The notes under the pieces were generated by a model. The model was given only the letters and a program-made list of their open reading frames with translations. It was not told where the DNA came from and did not search any database. The position numbers and the translations under genes are program-made. Shown here piece by piece: positions 57,290 through 64,000 of a stretch of DNA of 64,000 nucleotides; position 1 is the first letter of the stretch, and each line of letters starts with the position of its first letter. Source of the DNA: Candidatus Limnocylindrales bacterium (GTDB lineage: Bacteria > Chloroflexota > Limnocylindria > Limnocylindrales > CSP1-4); assembly GCA_038251965.1 (NCBI GenBank), contig JBBSAV010000002.1:19561-83560 (forward strand), written 5' to 3'.

Positions 57290-57694
57290 ATGGACGATCT
57301 GTACCGCGACGAGATCCTGGAGCACTACCGCGAGCCTCACAACTTCGGCACGCTGGCCACGCCCGATGCTGTCCACGAGGGGCACAACCCGCTTTGCGGT
57401 GACCGCATCACCATGATGCTCAGCGTCGATGCCGAGGGCAACGTCAGCGACGTCGCCTTCAATGGCCGCGGCTGTGCCATCAGTCAGGCCTCGGCGTCGC
57501 TGCTGACCGACGAGGTCAAGGGTCGACCAGTGTCCGACATCGAGGCCATGACCAACCAGGACATCCTCGACCTGCTGGGCATCGAGATCAGCCCGGCACG
57601 CCTGAAATGCGCGCTGTTGTCGCTCGACACCATGCAGCGCGCACTCGAAGAACGCCATCACGCCACGGCCACGGCCACTGACGCAGGCCACTGA
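57290..57694 (+). CDS. sufU: SufU/IscU-like sulfur acceptor
   Basis: LYRDEILEHYREPHNFG, NPLCGD, GRGCAIS, ARLKCALL. Confidence 0.85.
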   Translation: MDDLYRDEILEHYREPHNFGTLATPDAVHEGHNPLCGDRITMMLSVDAEGNVSDVAFNGRGCAISQASASLLTDEVKGRPVSDIEAMTNQDILDLLGIEISPARLKCALLSLDTMQRALEERHHATATATDAGH

Positions 57695-57764
57695 CGTACA
57701 GGCCACTGACCCGATCCCCCAAGATCGACTGCCCGGGTCGATCAACCACGGAGTCATATCCCCG

Positions 57765-58958
57765 ATGACCAAGTCATACCGAGACCTTTTGCGTGAGGCG
57801 CGCGAGCAGGTGCCCGAGGTGACCACGGCCCAGGCCGAGACAGCCGCCGAGCGTGGCTCGACGTTGCTCGACGTGCGCGAGCAGAGCGAATGGGAGCAGG
57901 GCCACGTCGCCGGCGCTCGTCACATCTCCAAGTCCTACATCGAGCAGGAGATCGAGGCGCTGGCGCCTGACCGGTCCACCCCCATCGTGGTCTACTGCGC
58001 CGGCGGCATCCGCTCGCTGTTCGCCAGTCAGACGCTGCAGCAGATGGGCTATACCGATGTCACCTCCATGACCGGCGGCTTTCAGGCCTGGAAGGCCGAG
58101 GGTCGGGCCTGGGAACAGCCTCGGGTCCTGACTGCCGAGCAGAAGGCACGCTACTCCCGCCACCTGCTCATCCCCGAGGTCGGTGCCGAGGGCCAGGCGA
58201 GGTTGCTCGATTCGAAGGTGCTGTTCATCGGCGCCGGCGGCCTGGGCTCTCCGGGCATGCTGTACATGGCCGCGGCGGGGGTCGGGACCATCGGCATCGT
58301 CGATTTCGACGTGGTGGATACGTCCAACTTGCAGCGACAGGTCATCCATCGCACCGACCGCGTCGGCATGCGCAAGACCGAATCGGCCGAACTCACCATC
58401 CACGCACTCAATCCCGACGTGAAGGTCGTCGCCCACGAGGCCATGCTCGGCCCGGACAACGTGGCCGAGCTCATCGCCGGCTACGATCTCATCTTCGACG
58501 GCACTGACACCTTCGAGACCCGCTATGTGCTCAACGACGCGGCCGTGTCGGCTGGCATCCCGGTGGTGCACGCGTCGGTCTTTCGCTTCGAGGGCCAGCT
58601 CACCGTGTTCAAGCCGCATGAGGGCCCATGCTATCGATGCCTCTACCCCACGCCCCCGCCGCCGGAGCTGGCGCCCGGCTGCTCGGTGGCTGGCGTCCTC
58701 GGCGTCGTACCCGGCGTGATGGGCCTGCTGCAAGCCACCGAGGGCTTGAAGGTCCTGCTCGACATCGGTGATTCGCTCAGCGGGCGCCTGCTCATCTATG
58801 ACGCGCTCGATGGAGCCTTTAGTGAGCTCCAGCTGCGGCGCGATCCGAAGTGCCCGGCCTGTGGGGACGGTGAGATCGTCACCGCGGCGGGTGACGGCAC
58901 CTTTGCCCTACCTACCCCGGCTACCACCACATCGACGACTTTGGGGGTGAACGCATGA
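57765..58958 (+). CDS. Rhodanese-MoeB/ThiF fusion (sulfur-carrier adenylyltransferase/sulfurtransferase, MoeZ-like with rhodanese at the N-terminus)
   Basis: N-terminal VVYCAGGIRS rhodanese loop; FIGAGGLGSPG; DFDVVDTSNLQRQ; CYRC...CPAC zinc site. Confidence 0.85.
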   Translation: MTKSYRDLLREAREQVPEVTTAQAETAAERGSTLLDVREQSEWEQGHVAGARHISKSYIEQEIEALAPDRSTPIVVYCAGGIRSLFASQTLQQMGYTDVTSMTGGFQAWKAEGRAWEQPRVLTAEQKARYSRHLLIPEVGAEGQARLLDSKVLFIGAGGLGSPGMLYMAAAGVGTIGIVDFDVVDTSNLQRQVIHRTDRVGMRKTESAELTIHALNPDVKVVAHEAMLGPDNVAELIAGYDLIFDGTDTFETRYVLNDAAVSAGIPVVHASVFRFEGQLTVFKPHEGPCYRCLYPTPPPPELAPGCSVAGVLGVVPGVMGLLQATEGLKVLLDIGDSLSGRLLIYDALDGAFSELQLRRDPKCPACGDGEIVTAAGDGTFALPTPATTTSTTLGVNA

Positions 58959-59230
58959 CCGCCATCCGCATCCCACCGGTGCTGCGCGCACAGGCCGGCA
59001 ACCAGAAGAAGGTCGAGGTCACCGGTTCCACAGTGGGTGAGGCACTCGAATCGCTGCTGGAGCAGTTCCCCGGTCTGCGGGAGCAGATCTTCACCGCCGA
59101 TGGCACGCTCAACCGCTTCGTCAATGTCTACGTCAACGGACGCGATGTGCGCTACGAGCAGGAGCTGGCGACGCCGGTGGGTGAGAGCGATGAGGTCATC
59201 CTGTTGCCGGCCATGGCCGGGGGTCGCTAG
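58955..59230 (+). CDS. cysO: MoaD/ThiS-family sulfur carrier (CysO-like), C-terminus ...AGGR
   Basis: 91 aa; beta-grasp pattern; ends PAMAGGR-stop. ATGA overlap with the upstream gene. Confidence 0.8.
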   Translation: MTAIRIPPVLRAQAGNQKKVEVTGSTVGEALESLLEQFPGLREQIFTADGTLNRFVNVYVNGRDVRYEQELATPVGESDEVILLPAMAGGR

Positions 59231-59245
59231 CGAGGTCAGCTCGTC

Positions 59246-60276
<1,031 letters not shown>

Positions 60277-60283
<7 letters not shown>

Positions 60284-60903
60284 GCGACGAGCGGGAGCCG
60301 GGCAGGGCGGCGGATGGGGCGCCGGGCGCTGGGCCTGGTCGGGCGCCGGAGGTGTTGTCGTCAGACGATGAGCCGGCCGCGGTCGGTGACGGCGAGTTCG
60401 TGCCCGAGGTGTCAGCCTGGCAACAGGCGGCCGACGCTGGTGCGGCCCGGGGGCGCGGTGCTCTGGGCGGTCGGGCGCCTTGGGTGCCGGCTTCAGCATC
60501 GCTCCCGCCTGCGATCCTTGGCGATCTGGTCGACTGGCTGCGCGCGGCACTGCCCAACGAGGGTTGCGGCGTGTTGGTGTCCGACCGAACAGCCGAGAAC
60601 GGCGGGGTGCCGTCACGCTTCGTCGGCATGCGCAATACCGCCGCCTCGCCGTATCGCTATCTCATGGACAGCGAAGAGTTGCTGCGGGTGATGCTTGCGA
60701 TCGACGATGCCGACGAGGTGGTTTGGGGCATCGTCCACTCGCACGTGGCTTCGCCGCCCTACCCGTCGCCGACCGACATCGGCCTGGCGGCCTATCCGGA
60801 TGCGTTGTACCTGTTGGCGTCGTTCGCAGGTGAACCGCCGGAGGTGCGAGCCTGGACCATCGTGGCTGGCTCAGTCAACGAGGTCGTGCTGGAGCGGACG
60901 TAA
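60277..60903 (+). CDS. mec: JAMM/MPN+ metalloprotease (Mec-like)
   Basis: NEGCGVL and HSHVASPPYPSPTD (HxHx7Sx2D). The ~70-aa low-complexity N-terminus may mean a later start. Confidence 0.8.
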
Positions 60904-60969
60904 GTCGCACCCCGCGTCTTGCCGATAGCGGCGTACACTCGAGGTCTGATCCGAAACGGAGGACCAACC

Positions 60970-61461
60970 ATGAGTCAGCTTCTGGTCATCACGTTCGAGG
61001 CGCGCGAGACGGCAGGTCAAGCCGCTGAGCGCCTCAAGGGCGTACAAAGCGCCCACGGTGTCGATATCAACGATATGGCCGTGGTCGAGAAGGATGCCGA
61101 CGGCAAGGTCTATGTGCACCACGGAGTGGACACCACCACGGCAGGTGGTGCGGTCATGGGAGGCGCGCTGGGCTTGCTGCTGGGCCTCGTCTTCTTTCCT
61201 GTGGCCGGTCTTGCCATCGGTGTTGCCGCGGGCGCGCTGATCGGCCGCTCGCTCCACCAGAACGTCGACAAGGGCCTGGTGAAGGACGTCACCGACGACC
61301 TCACCCCGAACACTTCGGCGCTCTTTGTCATCGGCACCGGTTCACCATCGGCCGTGGTGGGCGCGCTGGACCCGTACAAGGGCAAGGTCTACCAGACCAC
61401 ACTGGACTCGGAGGCCGAGGCACAGATCCAGGCTGCTCTCGACCACGAAAGCAAGGGGTAG
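60970..61461 (+). CDS. DUF1269-domain membrane protein
   Basis: acggagga RBS; MSQLLVITFE...; Gly-rich TM segment GGAVMGGALGLLLGLVFFPVAGLAIGVAAGALIG. Confidence 0.7.
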   Translation: MSQLLVITFEARETAGQAAERLKGVQSAHGVDINDMAVVEKDADGKVYVHHGVDTTTAGGAVMGGALGLLLGLVFFPVAGLAIGVAAGALIGRSLHQNVDKGLVKDVTDDLTPNTSALFVIGTGSPSAVVGALDPYKGKVYQTTLDSEAEAQIQAALDHESKG

Positions 61462-61547
61462 AGGCGACGATCCACCCCAGCAGTAGGTGAGGCGACCGTC
61501 GGGGGTCACGTCGCCCAGTCCTCCCGTCGGAGGGTGACCCGCCACAC

Positions 61548-61738
61548 GGGTGAAGCAACGGAGCAAGGCACCGATGTGGCCCGCGGCGCCGACGTTTTAT
61601 GCTCCCCACGGGTCAAACGACGGAACCACGAGGGGACGTCCGCCGCGTGACCAGCCCTATGGGTGAAGCGACGGAGCAATGCACCGATGTGGCCAGCTGC
61701 ACCGACGTGTCATGCACTCCGCAGGTCAAAGAGACGGA
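61548..61738. repeat. Two ~77-nt direct repeats 113 nt apart in a convergent intergenic region
   Basis: gggtgaagc(a/g)acggagcaa(g/t)gcaccgatgtggcc...ggtcaaa(c/g)(g/a)gacgga at 61548-61624 and 61661-61738. Partial third gggtgaa at 61764. Confidence 0.8.
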
Positions 61739-61912
61739 TGCTTCGCTGGTTCATGCATGCGATGGGTGAACCAGCAGATCCACGCGAGGCGCTCTCTCGG
61801 ATTACCCGCCGGGTGGGTCGCATTCGGATCAGCCGGGCGATGCTCTGTCGGATGACCCGCCGGGCGGGTCGGCCCCCAGCCTTGCCGGGCGGGTCGGCAG
61901 CCCAGCCCAGCC

Positions 61913-62359
61913 TTATTCCTCGCCGATGTCCTCGTTCCAGATCTCGGGATAGCGCTCGATGAACTCGGCCATCAGATGCTTGCACTCGGGCGACTCGAGG
62001 TTGATGACCTCCACGCCGCGTGCCCGGAGGTAGTCCTCACCGCCCATGAAGGTCTCGTTCTCGCCGATGACCACCCGCGGGATGCCGTAGAGCAGGATGG
62101 CGCCGGTACACATATCGCATGGCGAGAGCGTGGTGTACATGGTGGCGCGCTTGTAGACCGAGGCGTGTAAGCGGCCGATGTTCTCCAGGCAGTCGGTCTC
62201 ACCATGGCGGATGACGCTGCCCTGCTGCACGCGTCGGTTGTGCCCTGAGCCGAGCACCTTGCCATCGGCGACCAATGCCGCACCCACGGGGACTCCACCC
62301 TCGGCGAGTCCCTGTGCGCCTTCATCGATAGCGATCTTCATGAAGTCGTGGTCGTCCAT
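61913..62359 (-). CDS. Cytosine deaminase, FCY1 (CDA-fold) type
   Basis: Near-collinear with the yeast Fcy1 pattern: GGVPVGA, HGE, YTTLSPCDMCTGAILLYGIPR, C-terminal WNEDIGEE. ggaggagaga RBS. Confidence 0.85.
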   Translation of the reverse strand: MDDHDFMKIAIDEGAQGLAEGGVPVGAALVADGKVLGSGHNRRVQQGSVIRHGETDCLENIGRLHASVYKRATMYTTLSPCDMCTGAILLYGIPRVVIGENETFMGGEDYLRARGVEVINLESPECKHLMAEFIERYPEIWNEDIGEE

Positions 62360-62400
62360 GTCTCTCCTCCGTGGTGGCGGTCGTGATGGTGGTCGCCGAG

Positions 62401-63336
62401 TCAGGATCGGCGGTAGGGCTTCAGGTAGGCGCCGGGATAGGGTACGTTTCGGCCGGACAGGGCCAGGGCCAGGATGACGATGACATAGGGCAGCGCCAGC
62501 ATGATCTCGTTGGGGATGCCCTCGAAGCCGGGCGTGATGTGCAGCCGCAGACCCAGTGAGTAGACAGCCGCGAAGACGAGCGCGCCGAAGACGCCGCGGA
62601 AGATACGCCAGCGTCCGAAGATGACGAGGGCGATGACCACCCAACCGCGGCCCGCGATGATGTCCAGCGTGAAGGTGCCCAACATGGCCAGGGTGATGAA
62701 CGCGCCGCCCACGGCCATGAAGGCGCCGCCGATCATCAGTGCCACATAGCGGATGCGGAAGACGTTGATGCCGGCCACGTCGGCGGCCTCGGGGTTCTCG
62801 CCCACGGCGCGGATGGACAGGCCCAGCGGGGTCTTCATCAGCACCCACCAGGCGATCGGCACCACCAGGAAGAAGGCCACGTAGGTGAGCCCGTACTGGT
62901 TGGCGATCGCTGCGACCTGGGCACCCAGGCCTTCGCCGCCCTTCAGGCTGGCCAGCGGATCCCAGAGCGGCATCTTTTCGATGCTTGCCAGCGTCCCTCC
63001 GCTGAACATGAGCCGGTTGGCGAACTCACTGAGGCCGATGAGCACGATGGTCAGGCCCAGGCCGCTGACATGCTGGTTGGCGCCCAGCGTCACCGTCAGC
63101 AGCGCCATCAGGGCGCCGGCGATGAGTCCCACGATGATGGCACCGAGCAGGCCCAGCCAGGGGTTGCCGGTGTGGTACGCGACCGCGAAGCCGAAGAAGG
63201 CGCCCGCATACATCGTGCCTTCGATGCCCAGATTGAGGATGCCGGCGCGCTCGGTATAGGTCTCGCCCACGGTGCCGTAGACCAACGGCGTGGCATTGCG
63301 GAAGGTGGCCGCGAGGATATCGGCGAAGAAGGTCAT
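62401..63336 (-). CDS. ABC transporter permease (BMP/nucleoside-sugar type)
   Basis: TPLVYGTVGETYTERAGILNLGIEGTMY motif; about 9 TM helices; overlaps the upstream permease by 4 nt. Confidence 0.8.
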   Translation of the reverse strand: MTFFADILAATFRNATPLVYGTVGETYTERAGILNLGIEGTMYAGAFFGFAVAYHTGNPWLGLLGAIIVGLIAGALMALLTVTLGANQHVSGLGLTIVLIGLSEFANRLMFSGGTLASIEKMPLWDPLASLKGGEGLGAQVAAIANQYGLTYVAFFLVVPIAWWVLMKTPLGLSIRAVGENPEAADVAGINVFRIRYVALMIGGAFMAVGGAFITLAMLGTFTLDIIAGRGWVVIALVIFGRWRIFRGVFGALVFAAVYSLGLRLHITPGFEGIPNEIMLALPYVIVILALALSGRNVPYPGAYLKPYRRS

Positions 63337-64000
63337 GTCGGCGAGGTCTCCGACGGCGGCTGGCCGGCAGGCTCATCAGGCAGGGGTTCGCCCTCGTCCG
63401 GCGGTCGTTCGTCCTCACGACTGGTGCGCCAGCGGTAGATGGCGACGGCGCCGATGACGACCAGCAGCAGCGTGCCCTGAACCACGTCGCCCATCTGGCT
63501 GGGGATCTGCAACGAGCGGACGGCCGACGAGGCACCCACGCTGAGATCACCCAATAGCAGGCCGGCCATGAGCACGCCGGGCATAGTCAGGCCGCCCAGC
63601 ATGGCTACCACGATGCCGGTGTAGCCGAACCCGGGCGAGACGCCCTCGGTGAGGCGGAACTGGATGCCGGCCACCTCGCTGACACCGGCCACGCCGGCGA
63701 TGGCGCCGCTCACGAGCGCTACGCGCAGCAACGTCCGCTCCACCTTGATGCCGGCGAAGCGGGCTCCGTGTGGGGAGAGGCCAACGGCTCGAACCCGCAA
63801 GCCGGTGCCCGTGCGGCTGAGCACGTACCAGGCGATGACGATGAGCACGATGGCGATGACGAAGCCGAGATGCAGGCGAGACTTGCCGATGAGCGGGATG
63901 AAATCGGACAGCGGCGGAAACTCGGCGGCCTCGGCGATGCGAGGCGACTCAGGGAAGCCGGTCTCGGGATCCTTCCAGGGTCCGTGCAGGAGTGCCTGCA
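63333..64000 (-). CDS. ABC transporter permease (BMP/nucleoside-sugar type), 5' end outside the window
   Basis: GLRVRAVGLSPHGARFAGI, GYTGIVVAMLGG. The ORF runs off the window edge. Confidence 0.8.
   Translation of the reverse strand, partial: QALLHGPWKDPETGFPESPRIAEAAEFPPLSDFIPLIGKSRLHLGFVIAIVLIVIAWYVLSRTGTGLRVRAVGLSPHGARFAGIKVERTLLRVALVSGAIAGVAGVSEVAGIQFRLTEGVSPGFGYTGIVVAMLGGLTMPGVLMAGLLLGDLSVGASSAVRSLQIPSQMGDVVQGTLLLVVIGAVAIYRWRTSREDERPPDEGEPLPDEPAGQPPSETSPT

Noticed and set aside
61663-61962. 99-aa ORF (MKRRSNAPMWPAAP...) in the repeat-rich spacer
   Set aside because: It is extremely Arg-rich, is built from the nucleotide repeats themselves, overlaps the 3' end of the deaminase gene, and has no RBS. 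It is likely non-coding.

Overview
The window is GC-rich (about two-thirds G+C by eye, not computed), gene-dense bacterial chromosomal DNA. Many gene pairs have 4-nt ATGA/GTGA stop-start overlaps. Gene content looks Actinomycetota/Chloroflexota-like (CysO-CysM-Mec cysteine pathway, DUF385/F420-type protein, multiple Flp pilins), but I cannot assign taxonomy from sequence alone.

Most of the window is housekeeping: holB, acylphosphatase, a large GH13 enzyme, family-5 UDG, fumC, pfkA, PduO-type adenosyltransferase, lhgO, threonine aldolase, an ABC-2 exporter with a GbsR-type regulator, an Rrf2-sufCSU operon fused to moeZ-cysO-cysM-mec, FCY1-type cytosine deaminase plus nucleoside-type ABC permeases, tRNA-Arg(CCG) and tRNA-Asp(GTC).

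There are four accessory or unusual patches:
- A lower-GC two-gene type II restriction-modification cassette lies beside tRNA-Arg (16.0-18.2 kb).
- Three Flp-type pilin genes and an unknown 4-TM ORF have no tad/cpa machinery anywhere in the window. An intrinsic terminator follows them, then twin sulfotransferases (25.9-29.2 kb).
- A ~10.7 kb block (43.4-54.1 kb) encodes secreted beta-propeller proteins: two Asp-box paralogs with a shared unknown N-terminal domain, a Kelch protein, internally duplicated secreted proteins and gene remnants. It also carries an ECF sigma/anti-sigma pair, a promoter-like motif shared by the sigma gene and one paralog, and a heptanucleotide repeat exactly at a frame switch.
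- Several structured repeat-rich intergenic regions occur at 43.4-43.9 kb, 61.5-61.9 kb and 32.0 kb.

I found no CRISPR array, transposase, integrase or rRNA. I cannot demonstrate a novel system from sequence alone. The best candidates for follow-up are the ECF-linked secreted-propeller block and the orphan Flp cluster.
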